Assembly: GCF_001194135.2 (NCBI RefSeq)
Contig: NC_068983.1
Location: forward strand, 23,526,865 to 23,559,346
Direction of reading: 5' to 3'
DNA: 32,482 bases
Source of the DNA: Octopus bimaculoides
Lineage: Eukaryota
Positions within the stretch are counted from its first letter, which is position 1, and every line of letters begins with the position of its first letter. Positions 21,545 to 32,482 of the stretch are shown one piece after another. The position numbers and the translations under genes were made by a program. The notes under the pieces were generated by a model. It was not told the origin of the DNA and did no database searches. It saw only the letters and a list, made by a program, of their open reading frames with translations.

Positions 21545-22198
21545 GTAAATTGAAAATGAGAGAAAAAAAAAAAAAGAGAGAGATTTCAAGGGGATGACAT
21601 TCCAGGGAGGAAGGACTGAATGACTTGGTGTAGTGGTTAGTGCTGGGTCTGGGTGAGGTTAGACACACTATGGGTGATAGGAGGAGGAAAAATAAGTGGT
21701 TTGGAAGTGCTGAGTGGAGGTGGCATGATAGCTGGTTTGAAGAGTAGAAGGCATTGTTATAGGGATAAAAAAGTTAGAGAGAGAGGTAGGTCTGGGCTAG
21801 AGGTTAAATCATTTCTGTGAGTAACTTTATTCCAATCAATTTTATGGCCTTTCTCTGGATGCAACTTAGAATATGTGTGTGTGTGTGTGTGTGGAAGCAG
21901 TACCACCGAAATATAGGAGCATTATTCCATTGTGATCTCACTTGAGCTTTTTAAAGGGTTAGTAAATGTTGGGAGCTGAATATCTTATGGTTCTGAAGAA
22001 AAGAATCAGTCTTTTGGAGCATACTTGTTACACAGACATTGCACATCCATTGAAGCATACTGATCTCATTTCTTTTAAGTCTTTGCATGTCCTCTACATT
22101 CACAGTCTAAGTTTCACAGCCATGTAGCATTGCTGTCTGTACACGGGTGTCATACAGTCTGCCTTTCATTCTGAGAGAGAAGCCTTTTGTTACCAACT

Positions 22199-22735
22199 AC
22201 TCTTTTACTCTTTTACTTGTTTCAGTCATTTGACTGTGGCCATGTTGGAGCACTGCCTTTAGTTGAGCAAATCGACTCCAGGACTTATTCTATCGGTCTC
22301 TTTTGCCGAACCACTAAGTTACGGGGACATAAACACACCAGCATCGGCTGTCAAGCAATGTTGGGGGGACAAACACACACACACACATATATACATACAT
22401 ATACATATATACGATGGGCTTCTTTCAGTTTCAGTCTACCAAATCCACTCACAAGGCTTTNNNNNNNNNNTTTTGCCGAACCACTAAGTTACGGGGACAT
22501 AAACACACCAGCATCGGCTGTCAAGCAATGTTGGGGGGACAAACACACACACACACATATATACATACATATACATATATACGATGGGCTTCTTTCAGTT
22601 TCAGTCTACCAAATCCACTCACAAGGCTTTGGTCGGCCTGAGGCTATAGTAGAAGACACTTGTCCAAGGTGCCACGCAGTGGGACTGAACCTGGAACCAT
22701 GTGGTTGGTAAGCAAGCTACTTACCACACAGCCAC
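22199..22735 (-). mobile_element. SINE family A; internal duplication across a 10-N gap is probably an assembly artefact
   Basis: About 22302-22460 is repeated at 22471-22629 on either side of N 22461-22470. Confidence 0.9.
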
Positions 22736-23252
22736 CTCCAGCCAATTTGTATTTTAGCATTTATACTTTCAGAGCATTCTCTTCCTCTACTAATGAGGTC
22801 ATTTAAATAACAGAAACTATCTACTACTTCTAGGGAACCTCCTGGGCATTTCAGAGCTATTTTCTACGTGTTCTTACTATTTATTGCTCTTGCACATCTG
22901 TTACAAAGAAATTCCACTGTCCCTGTTAACCTTCCTCTGATTCCACTGCACCACTCATGCGTCCATAGTTTGCTCTGAGCATACCACATGGAATTCTTAC
23001 TAACACCTTGTCTACATAAGGAACAAAGCCATTTACCCAAAGGGATTTGTGTTCTTTTTGTTTTCCTGCTAAATCGAACTTCAGTCTTTGCTAAGTTAAC
23101 TTTAAGACTCTTTGATTCTGGGTTTTATTTCCATACTTGGAATTTTAATTCTAATTCTTCTATGCTTTATATATTCGTGGCAGTCTTCCAACTTTTCTGT
23201 CTACTAAATTCACTCATTCCCCCACAGGCCATTGGTTCACCTGGAGCTATGA

Positions 23253-23310
23253 AGTAGGACTGAACCTAAAACCAAATGGTTGCAAAGCAAGCTTCTTAAC
23301 CACACAGCCA
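23253..23310 (-). mobile_element. 5' head fragment of SINE family A
   Basis: GGACTGAACCTAAAACCAAATGGTTGCAAAGCAAGCTTCTTAACCACACAGCCA. Confidence 0.6.
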
Positions 23311-23919
23311 ATGTTATACAAACATTACCAATACAATGTATTTGCACATACATAACTGTTTTCATACATATTTTTACACAGACATAGACAGACACATACA
23401 AATGCACTTACACACACACACATAACTGTTCACAAATATGTATTTACTATTGATAACTATTGATACAATTGAACATACTTTGTGGAAAGTGGTTTTTCCC
23501 ACACAGACACAATCATGACAAGTTATTGTTTAAACCATTTATTCACAGACAATTTCGGTGAACACTTGAGTTCTGGCAATATTTGAGCATCTGAATTGCA
23601 TTCATATTAACTTTTTCATATTCACATGATGAATTGTATTTGACTTCATACATTTTTTTTCTAATTTCATTCTTACTGTTGATATTTTCCTTATCATTTG
23701 TGGAACTGTGTTTTATTGAACATTTTAACGGCACACATTTTTGTTATATAATGTGCCTTTGTATAACTTTACTTACGTTCACTATCTGTCATCCATTGTG
23801 TTCGACTTACTTTTATTTGAAAGAATAAATTGACCATCTTGATCTACATCAGAATTTTTCTGACTTACTACCTCTCATTCCTGATGACGTGACATGTCTC
23901 TGGTCAACGATATCTCTTT

Positions 23920-24400
23920 TTCTGGCCTTTCATGAAGTGATCTCTTCTTTTTAGTCTTCATTCTGAATATAACTGCAGAAGGTTTCAACCTCTAATCTAT
24001 TTTAGAGCCATAAGAATTCATAAGTTCAGTTTATGAAGCATTAAGCTACTTCCACATGATTCCTGTGAATGTCATTAATGTAAGTTTCCCACTTACATTA
24101 CTGAGTGAGATTTTCCTAGAAAGCTTCGAGGTATCTGAAGATATCTGACCTTGCAGTGTCTACAAGTGCATAACTGGCCACCAGTCTGAAAGAACTTCTA
24201 CCTCAACTGCTGATACTTGGATCACTAACCTACTGACTCAAGAAAGATTGTGTATGTCTCTTCGTTTATGTCATTTTAGAATAGTCTGCCATGCCGGTTA
24301 ATCCAGACTGGCTGTAAAATATGTTGACCATGTACTTGAACAGAAGGGGAGCAAGCAAGTTTCCCAAAACCCGGTCTTGCTGGTTGCCAGAAACCTGGAA
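23920..24400 (-). pseudogene. Highly degenerate L1/Tx1-like APE endonuclease remnant
   Basis: Across frameshifts and stops the minus strand gives LATSKTG..., SRLVIQVS, RSSFRLVASYALVDTARSDIFRYLEAF*, VGN..., RSLHER. These resemble the IAxxET, GRLxxLDV, FRLVAVYAP...FFRxLExF, GDFN and RSYLDR motifs. Confidence 0.5.
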
Positions 24401-24402
24401 TA

Positions 24403-24870
24403 TCATCATCATCGTTTAACGTCTGCTTTCCATGCTAGCATGGGTTGGATGATTTGACTGAGGACTGGTGAACCAGATGGCTGCACCAGGCTCCAATCTG
24501 ATCTGGCAGAGTTTCTACCACTGGATGCCCTTCCTAATGCCAACCACTCCGAGAGTGTAGTGGGTGCTTTTATGTGCCATCGGCACAAGGGCCAGTCAGG
24601 CTGTACTGGCAATGGCCACGCTCAAATTGTGCTTTTTACATGCCACCTGCACAGGTGTCAGTCCTGCGGCACTGGCAATGACCTCGCTCGAATGTTTTGT
24701 TCACATGCCACCAGCACAAGTGTCAGTAAGGCGACGCTGGTAACGATCATGCTCAAATGGTGCTTTTTACATGCCACCGGTATGGAACCCAGACTGCTGC
24801 TCTGACAATGATCCTGCTCGGACTGTGCCATTAGCGTTCCACTGGCACAGGTGCCAGTCATCGAATTTGG
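24403..24870 (-). mobile_element. RTE-type 3' end with (GAT)n tail and five about 65-bp internal tandem units
   Basis: Homologous to 4105-4410; units start at 24564, 24629, 24694, 24760 and 24825. Confidence 0.85.
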
Positions 24871-24913
24871 TTCAGTTTCATATATATATATATATATTAT
24901 CCTGTACTTGTTT

Positions 24914-25086
24914 CAACCGATGGTGGTGTGTTCAAGTCCCCGTAACTTAGCGGTTTGGCAAAAGAGATCGATAGAATAAGTACTAGGCTTACAAAGAATA
25001 AGTCCTGGGGTCGATTTGCTCGACTAAAGGCAGTGCTCCAGCATGGCCACAGTCAAATGACTGAAACAAGTAAAAGAGCAAAAGAG
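24914..25086 (+). mobile_element. 3' half of SINE family A
   Basis: CAACCGATGGTGGTGTGTTCAAGTCCCCGTAACTTAGCGG...GAAACAAGTAAAAGAGCAAAAGAG. Confidence 0.9.
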
Positions 25087-25529
25087 TAATGATCCATAAC
25101 TTAAATTAGTGCAAAATAAAATATTTGGCACAAAAATAATGGAGAATTGGATTGCCTTGTTAATCCACTGATATTAAGTCTGTGAATTGTTTAAAAGGAT
25201 AAGGTAATTGAAAAATGCTTAAATTTGCAAATCAAGTTTGGGAATCTCAGAAGTGAAAGTGAAGCACTGCAAATCTTTCCCTGCATTTTAACTCATCTCC
25301 ACAACAGAAATCTTTTTCTCCATATAATATGCTATTTTCTTATAAGCAGTTACACTTTTGTACTAACATTAAGTTAACATTAGCAATAGTTTTATTTAGA
25401 AAACAGCAAAAAACTGAATTCAGATTATGGTGATGGTAATTATCATTGAATACTTGCTGATAGTAATTTCTGATTTTAAAAAAATTATACTTAATATATA
25501 TTACAGGGGCTAGCGTGGCTTTATGTATA

Positions 25530-25940
25530 GGTGCAGGTGTGGTTATGTGGTAAGAAGTTAGCTTCCCAACCATATGGTACTGGGTTCAGTCCCACTGCAT
25601 GACACCTTGAGCAACTGCCTTCTACTATAGCCTCGGGCTGACCAAAGCCTTATGAGTGGAGTTAGTAGATGGAAACTGAAAGAGGTCTGTCGTCTCCATG
25701 TTATTCTCCTTGTTTTCTCCGTATTTTTTTTCTCCGTGTTTTTCAATTTCTTTTTCTCCGTGTTTTTCTCCTTGTTTTCTCTGTATTCTTTCTGTTGAAG
25801 AGACTGACAGAATAAGTACGAGGCTTCAAAAAAATAAATAAATAAAAAGATGTTGGCGTTGATACAGTTGACTAAAAATTCTCCAAGGTAGTGCTCCTGT
25901 ATGGCTGCAGTCTAATGACTGAAACAAGTAAAAGATAAAG
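25530..25940 (+). mobile_element. SINE family A with its central segment replaced by an unrelated pyrimidine-rich insert (about 25694-25797)
   Basis: Head/CORE-like part 25530-25693 and tail about 25799-25940 align with other copies; the middle does not. Confidence 0.8.
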
Positions 25941-26301
25941 AAAAAAATATAAAAGATAAGATAATTTACTTTTTGCTAAAGAGGTCTAATTAGATTAAAA
26001 CATGCATTGAGCTATTTCTCATGCTTGCTGAAAGAATCAAAATAATATTAGTCAGTTACAACTAATATTGGTTTTCACTCACTTCAGAATATTTTGTAGT
26101 CAGCTTTCTGGTATTCCTTGTAGCAAATATCTCAACACTAACTTCCTTATTCACATATCTATCCCCTGTCTCATTGCATAGATATTTCTGGTTGAAGTTT
26201 TAATATTGCCCATATTAAATATATTAATACTATCTTTCTGTATATCTGTCTGTCTTTCTGACCATATAATTATTTGTAATCAACTGTTTAGTATTGCTTA
26301 A

Positions 26302-26521
26302 CTTTCTAGTGTTTAAACTGGCCATATCTAACCCAAATATTCTACCTGTTTTATGTTCAAACTGGCAAGATCCAGCCTCTCATTCCTACCCTTCAATGTC
26401 ATTCTAAAAATAAACAATCACATCATTGAAATCTCAAAGCTATAAGATAATCCCTGATTAATTCAAAACAATTCTAATAAATAAGCATTACATTTGACAG
26501 AGTAATCTCAATTCTTAAGGG
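26302..26521. mobile_element. Putative piggyBac-like MITE (about 220 bp), degenerate termini
   Basis: Left TTAA|CTTTCTAG, right CTTAAGGG|TTAT, consistent with decayed TTAA-CCC...GGG-TTAA ends. The body resembles an octopus repeat I recall, not verified. Confidence 0.45.
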
Positions 26522-27507
26522 TTATACTAAATACTTGCCTTTGACTCTTCAACTTCATCTGCTGAAAAAATTCACATCCATCATGCTGCACCCCATGATT
26601 TCAATGTAGCTTGTCTTGGGTGATTACATGCTATTTACCCCATAACTGGGATCCTGAGAGGTGCTACTACCCAGGGTCAGAGTAGACCTGGTAATAACGG
26701 TGGCTAATAACTGGTTCCACACTCTTCAAAACACTGGAACTCTTAAACATGGGCTCTACAACCGGATGTAGTCTAAAGTCATATCCCTTAGATGCTGAGT
26801 GTATGAACTGGCAATGAACTGTCAATCGTGAAGATCAACCGCTTCAGTTAGGAAATTACTGCTCTCATTTATAGTCATGGCAGGCACAGATAGGATATTT
26901 GTGGCTAGCAAAAGACCAAAGGGACTAAAACCTAGGTCAGACATTCATGCCACATCATTCGATCGGAATGGTTAGCATGGAAGTGGTATTGGTCCAAGCA
27001 AGTCACCTGTCCAAATGAAGCAAAATATATTAACTTTAATTGAATTATTATAATTTTCATGTGGATAGCTTCAAAAAGAAATTTATTCTTTGAACATCTT
27101 TACTGTTCTATGTCAAATAAGTGTACATTTCCTCAATGTTCCTCTCATTAATACTTCTGTAAGTATGGTAAAATTTATACTTTGCAGAAGAGGCTTAATA
27201 AGACAGAAACATCTCCATAGTTGTCCCCCTTATTTGCTGAAAGAAGCAACATGATTAATATTGTTTATTTTCCTTGTCATAAAATATTTTCTATTTAGTG
27301 TTTCATTGCTTTCTGTATCATATATGTTGACACTAACCTAACTATTGATTCAAAGGAGTGGTTAGCATCTATCCTCAATCATAGCACTGTAAGGCATTTA
27401 TTTTTTTCGATACTGAATACTAGTCTACTTTATATCTCTACTTGTAGATGGAATTTCATTCTTCAAAAGCTGGAAAATTAAGTTAATATAAGCAATGTTA
27501 AAATCTA

Positions 27508-27508
<1 letters not shown>

Positions 27509-27540
<32 letters not shown>
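27509..27540. repeat. Poly(A) tract, 32 nt
   Basis: Directly visible; no TSD or upstream retrocopy found. Confidence 0.95.
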
Positions 27541-27544
<4 letters not shown>

Positions 27545-27958
27545 GTAAACATCAGACATTGAATTTAGAGGATATTAAGTAGCAGAGCTGGTTGTTTTTA
27601 ATGAATAATTGCTTGTAGTAATGTCAAATTTTGAAAAGTAGGACAAAAGATAATTTATCAAAATTATTCAAGATAGATTTGGCCATCAGCTAGAATGTCT
27701 TACTGTTTATATACTTTCATTTGTCGTTGTTTGCTAGAATGGATTGGATAGATCTTATAAATGTTAACATTTACATACATTGAAATAATTATGCACACAA
27801 CTGGATGATTATCTTACAGCTAAATATTAAAAAGAAATAATGCAATAAATGTAGAACACTTTATCTGTCACAACATACCAATCCGAGGAATTAGAGATAA
27901 TAGCCACAACAAGATTTGAACTTGTAACAACTATTGTTTGTATATGGGACAATATATA

Positions 27959-28028
<70 letters not shown>

Positions 28029-28031
<3 letters not shown>

Positions 28032-28722
28032 GGTGTGATGGGTAAATTGTCACCATTTTATATTTTTAATTTCGCACATGTGCATTGTTTGTTTTTGATT
28101 TTGTTGACTACACAGTATAGTAGGGTCAGTTGGGCACTATATGTGAGAAAAACAGTACCATGACGCAGTTTACTCTGCCAGAAATTTGGAAACGATATGT
28201 TCTACTGCTTGGCATTCATGCTAGAAGCTCCAGTATGAACATTTCAGAGTGCTTGGGTGTCAATCTGAGGAGAGTGCAGAGGATTTGGAAAGAGTTGGAT
28301 GAGTCTAATGGAAAACTCACTCTGATCGTTCTGATAAGAAAAGAACTGAATTTGTTGGTGAGATCCAGGCCATGATTGACAATGATCCCTCAAAGTCAGT
28401 CAGGTGCATCGCCAAGGACATGTAGTGTATGAAGACATTCGGTATTCCTCATACAAGATGAGAAAGGCCACACGGCCTCACACACAACATGGAGGCCTAC
28501 ACCAAGTGTCTGGAGGAAATAGTGTTGATCTGGGTCACGAAGGTGACTGCTAGAAGATCCTATGTCTGGCAACAGGAGTCTGCATCATGCCACACAAGCA
28601 GGGGAACCCAGTCATGGCTGTCAGGCAATTTCTGCAACCATATCACCCCTGACATCTGGCCCCCTAGCTCCCCAGACTTCGTTTTTGCAGAATTTAGAGG
28701 ACAACTTGTTCACTGCACCCTG
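28029..28722 (+). mobile_element. Internally deleted Tc1/mariner (maT-like) element inserted in (TA)n
   Basis: Ends TA|CAGGGTGTGATGGGTAAATTGTC and GACAACTTGTTCACTGCACCCTG|TA (degenerate TIRs). HTH-like NISECLGVNLRRVQRIWKEL and catalytic YVWQQESASCHTSRGTQSWLSGNF...IWPPSSPD. Confidence 0.85.
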
Positions 28723-28753
<31 letters not shown>

Positions 28754-28765
28754 AAACATGCATAT

Positions 28766-29100
28766 AGGTACAGGCATGACTGTGTAGTAAAAAGTTTGCT
28801 TCCCAACCACATAGTTCTGGGTTAATTCTCACTGCATAGCACCTTGGGCAAGTGTCTTCTACTATATTCACAGTCCAACCATAGCCTTGTGAGTGGATTT
28901 GGTAGGTGGAAACTGAAAGAAGAAATGGTTTATTACGTCCCTGTAACTTAGTAGTTTGGCAAAAGAGACCAATAGAATAAGTCCTAGGCTTAAGAAAAAA
29001 TATAAATACTGGGGTTGATTTGTTTGTGTAAAATTTCTTAAAAGTGGTGCCTCAGCATAGCTGCAGTTTAATGACTGAAACAAGTAAAAGATAAAAGATA
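28766..29100 (+). mobile_element. SINE family A, internal microsatellite segment deleted
   Basis: Head, GCACCTTGGGCAAGTGTCTTCTACT and GAAACAAGTAAAAGATAAAAG tail. Confidence 0.88.
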
Positions 29101-29105
29101 ACAGA

Positions 29106-29158
<53 letters not shown>

Positions 29159-29159
<1 letters not shown>

Positions 29160-29390
29160 ATTTCTTTACTGCCCACAAGGGGCTACACACAGAGGGGACA
29201 AACAAGGACAGACATACGGATTAAGTCGATTATATCGACCCCAGTGTGTAACTGGCACTTATTTAATCGACCCTGAAAGGATGAAAGGCAAAGTCCACCT
29301 CGGCGGAATTTGAACTCAGAACGTAGCGGCAGACGAAATACCGCTTAGCATTTCGTCTGGTGTGCTAATTTTTCTGCCAGCTCACTGCCT
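29159..29390 (-). mobile_element. SINE family B inserted into a (TATC)n microsatellite
   Basis: Close homologue of 18703-18935; (TATC)n on both sides (29106-29158 and 29392-29413). Confidence 0.93.
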
Positions 29391-30089
29391 GCTATCTATC
29401 TATCTATCTATCTGTATAAGTAAGCAATGCTTTGAGTGATAGAATGAACATTGAATAAAAAGCAATGAAACAAAACATTGATTTCATCCTTGACAACCAA
29501 TTTGCTATGGCTGGAAACAAAACAGTTGATTAGCTTGTGAATACTGTTTCCTAGGCATTAAAAGCATTGTTCTTTATATACACTACCTACACATGTTTTA
29601 GTGAAAGGAGGAATCTTAGGGAGTTTGAAGGTTTTATTTTTTTTATCCTTTTGACCACAAAAGGGTGAAGTGTCCATAATACTTCTAGGTTCCATCAAAC
29701 AGCATATAATAATTTCTTGCGCAGATGTGATATATTTAAATTGTATTAGCAATTATTCATGTTCTGTTGCCATGGCTATTCTTTATAGCAATGATGAAAG
29801 TAAGGTCAAATTACTAATTAATATATAGAAGTATTGTTAGAGGTAAGACTTCAACCTGATGATCAAGTTTATGATATTCATAAATAGATGTAAAACTTCA
29901 GAAGAAATCAGTTAAATTTTTGTTCAAGGACTTAATAAATTGCATATATGCATTAGTAGAAACAAAATAACTGAGTAAATATGCTATCAACATACCATTT
30001 TAATATTTTTTTACTGGTTCAAATCTTCTACCTGCAATTAATTCTACTTGCCCCAGTTCTCGTCTTGCCTGCCAAGAATGTCTAACTAC

Positions 30090-30241
30090 CTGTCTGAGAA
30101 TATTACATTAGCTTGACTTGTGTCCTGTTCAGCAATCGGCTTATCCTCCAACCACTTAATGCTTTGAAAGCAAGCCATATGCCATATGCATTGTCCCATT
30201 ATAAGCCTCTTGAGACATACATTTAGATTTTTATCTAATGC
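30090..30241 (-). CDS. Candidate 152-nt internal exon of an unidentified gene (splice signals only)
   Basis: Minus-strand acceptor TTCCTGTTGTACTGCAG|, donor AG|GTAGTT, and a single open frame ALDKNLNVCLKRLIMGQCIWHMACFQSIKWLEDKPIAEQDTSQANVIFSD. No recognised homology. Confidence 0.25.
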
Positions 30242-30607
30242 CTGCAGTACAACAGGAACTCTGCTCATGAGTGACAGAAATTCTGTAGTCTATTCTGTTA
30301 GTCATTGTGTCCTGTGTTTTTATTATTTTTTTTTTATTTGTGTCTTTTATCTAGAAACATTCTTACAATAAATTAGTATAGAACTTTCTTATGTGACATG
30401 ATTGTTGCTAAGAACATTAAGTTAAAACTCAGTCAAGCAAAACATTGTATTTTGGTAACATCCTTTTCATACATTTCCATTAATATATGTTCAAACAAAA
30501 TTTAACTTTGCTTATTTCACTGTTTGTTGATATAAGTAAAAATATATATAAAAAAGCAAAAAAATTTTGATTGGAACTTGAAATTATTCTTTTCTCTTAT
30601 TATAATT

Positions 30608-30640
30608 GTTGTTGTTGTTATTGTCTGTGGTCAATAAAGA

Positions 30641-30679
<39 letters not shown>

Positions 30680-30823
30680 CTTCTTCTTCTTCTTCTTCTT
30701 CTTCTTCTTCTTCTTCTTCTTCTTCTTCTTCTTCTTCTTCTTCTTCTTCTTCTTCAACTTAGTTGCTTGCATTAAAGATATTTCAAATTTCAAACATTTG
30801 CATATAACAGCAACAGCAGCAGC

Positions 30824-30854
<31 letters not shown>

Positions 30855-30985
30855 GCAGCAGCAGCAGTAGCAGTAGCAGCAGTAACAAACAATAACAACA
30901 ATACAAGAAGAAGAAGAAGAAGATGAAGAAAAACGACAACAACAACAACAACAACACCACCACCACCAACAACAACAACAAAGGC
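30608..30985. repeat. Compound trinucleotide microsatellite block: (GTT)n(CTT)n then (AAC)/(CAG)/(AAG)/(AAC)
   Basis: Directly visible; source of the poly-L/F/K/C/S ORFs. Confidence 0.97.
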
Positions 30986-31478
30986 AATAAATGATATAAA
31001 ACATTGTATATCCGACCAATTTGCATCTAATCATAGATTCCTTGAAATATATTTACAAAGCTAATGGCTTTTCAAGATGAAAACTCTAATTTTGCATTAA
31101 ATGTTCTTTCTTGTAGCTGATAAATTATATCAATCATTAGAGGTCAAATTTTGTTTTATATTCTTTAAAGCCACCAACCACTCGAAGGAAAGTTTTTTTA
31201 AAACCGACCCCACCAACCCCCAAAAATAAACATGCGATCAAGAAGAAGAAGTATGTCTTTTATGTTTAGTATCCAATAAATCAGGATTGTATAATCAGAG
31301 AATACTAAAGTAACACTTCTACACCGTTTGTATTCATTTCACATTCGTAACTCATTTCATTAACTGAGAGAAAGAGAGAGAACGCACACATGCATATGCA
31401 TGAGTGTGTGTGTGTGTCTATTTATGTATGCTTTTCTTTGAATTATATACATACACACACACACACACATGTATAAAT

Positions 31479-32079
31479 CAGCTCCGTCACATGACTTTTA
31501 GAGGCCCCCTGCAACTTTTTGTTTCGAGGCCCCATCCCTTCAATCAAAATTCATAATCTACACACCTTTTATTCATAGCTATATTTTACTCTATTCTATC
31601 TGAAGTTCAGTATTTCACATTATCCTAAAGAACATCTTTAAAAGTAGAAGTTAAATTCATTTAGGTCTCTTACAAATTTCAATAAGTAAAAACTTCCAGA
31701 TATGAATAAAAGAGCACTTTTATAATCCAGGCAACTTTCAAAGACAAACACGGCGCAATTTTTGCTTCACGAAGCCATCAATCAGTTCAAAATAATCAGG
31801 CTGAGAGGTAAATTCATGTTCAATTGATATCATAGGCAATCCACAAAGTCTGGTACATGTTCGTGGTACAATGTAATATTTTTTACAAGGCTTTTGCAGG
31901 TACAATGTATTACCATTTTTTTCCTTAAAATTTTCAGTTAACATAGTTTAATTCTCGTTCAACATCTTAACCAAAGTAAACAGATGACTCATCTACGTAC
32001 TGTGATCTTAACATGGGGCCCCTCAACCGTGGAGGCCCCTTCCAACTGCAGCGGTTGCAGGGGCTTAGCAACGGCCCTG
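31479..32079 (-). mobile_element. Non-autonomous hAT DNA transposon (601 bp) with perfect 8-bp TSD
   Basis: TSD GTATAAAT at 31471-31478 and 32080-32087. Termini CAGCTCCGTCAC and GCAACGGCCCTG (degenerate CAGGGCCG TIR). Minus-strand RLCGLPMISIEHEFTSQPDYFELIDGFVKQKLRRVCL* matches the hAT C-terminal dimerisation motif (SIE...DY..ID.FA..K.RR). Confidence 0.92.
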
Positions 32080-32127
32080 GTATAAATAATATATATATAT
32101 ATATATAAATGCCCTAATATAAATTAA

Positions 32128-32482
32128 ATTCACGACACTGCTTTTCCCCTTCCCAGGCTACAGGCCCACACCCCCAACACCCATACTGTTAGGATTGGCA
32201 CTCTCAACGTCGGCACGCTGAAAGGTAGATCTGGTGAAATTGTTGAGATGCTTGAACGAAGACGCGTAGATATGTGCTGCATCCAGGAAGTAAGATGGAG
32301 AGGAGGTTCTGCGAGGTTCCTCACAGGCAAAGAACACAGGTACAAGATTTTCTGGGCAGGGAACACTGACGGGGTCGGGGGCGTAGGAATACTTCTAGCG
32401 GAGAAATGGGTGGATAAGGTAATCGAGGTCGTTAGAGTAAGTGACAGAGTACTCAAGATCAGACTAGTGCTTCATCATAGAT
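32128..32482 (+). mobile_element. RTE-clade LINE, start of ORF: APE endonuclease domain, continues beyond window
   Basis: Stop-free frame from 32128 to the window end: ...TVRIGTLNVGTLKGRSGEIVEMLERRRVDMCCIQEVRWRGGSARFLTGKEHRYKIFWAGNTDGVGGVGILLAEKWVDKVIEVVRVSDRVLKIRLVLHHR, with APE motifs TLNV and IQE. Confidence 0.93.

Noticed and set aside
21545-21830. Minus-strand peptide TKSFSPSSLECHPLEI resembling Penelope pre-RT sequence
   Set aside because: Too short, and the expected downstream motif (ADKG) is absent.
22302-22629. Apparent tandem duplication inside a SINE
   Set aside because: The two copies are essentially identical and separated by exactly 10 N, the signature of an unmerged contig overlap.
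26640-26790. Possible degenerate copy of another dispersed repeat (GGTGCTACTACCCAGGGTCAGAGTAGACCTGG)
   Set aside because: No second copy in the window and no boundaries or TSD; cannot be supported without a repeat library search.
31730-31807. Plus-strand exon-like segment (CCAG|...GAG|GTAAAT)
   Set aside because: Lies inside the hAT element and is antisense to its transposase C-terminus, which explains the sequence.

Overview
Eukaryotic, AT-rich, repeat-dominated draft-assembly sequence with six N-gaps. The SINE and LINE families look like those of octopod cephalopods; this is my recognition and needs a Dfam/Repbase check. I cannot support any intact host gene, rRNA, tRNA gene, CRISPR array or prokaryotic feature, and most ORFs in the track are artefacts of N-gaps or microsatellites. 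The window holds a layered record of mobile elements: (1) three Tc1/mariner remnants (one mariner with TIRs, two maT/DD37D-like); (2) a 601-bp hAT element with a perfect 8-bp TSD; (3) a Gypsy integrase broken by an internal inversion; (4) a Tx1/L1-like ORF1 with a CCHC zinc knuckle and a separate degenerate Tx1-like endonuclease; (5) several RTE-type LINE pieces, including an uninterrupted endonuclease frame at the right edge that the ORF track misses; (6) about 15 tRNA-derived SINE copies or fragments from three families; (7) minisatellites with 18-, 26-, about 52- and about 65-bp periods. The most notable observations are a candidate minimal hammerhead ribozyme in a Penelope-like remnant (3753-3798, minus), a 269-bp near-perfect inverted repeat pair (89-357 / 2727-2995), the inverted Gypsy integrase, a minisatellite sharing its core with an RTE-tail internal array, and an 18-bp repeat that reads as a hexapeptide repeat with synonymous variation. 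I see no convincing wholly new biological system; the candidates are listed with tests.
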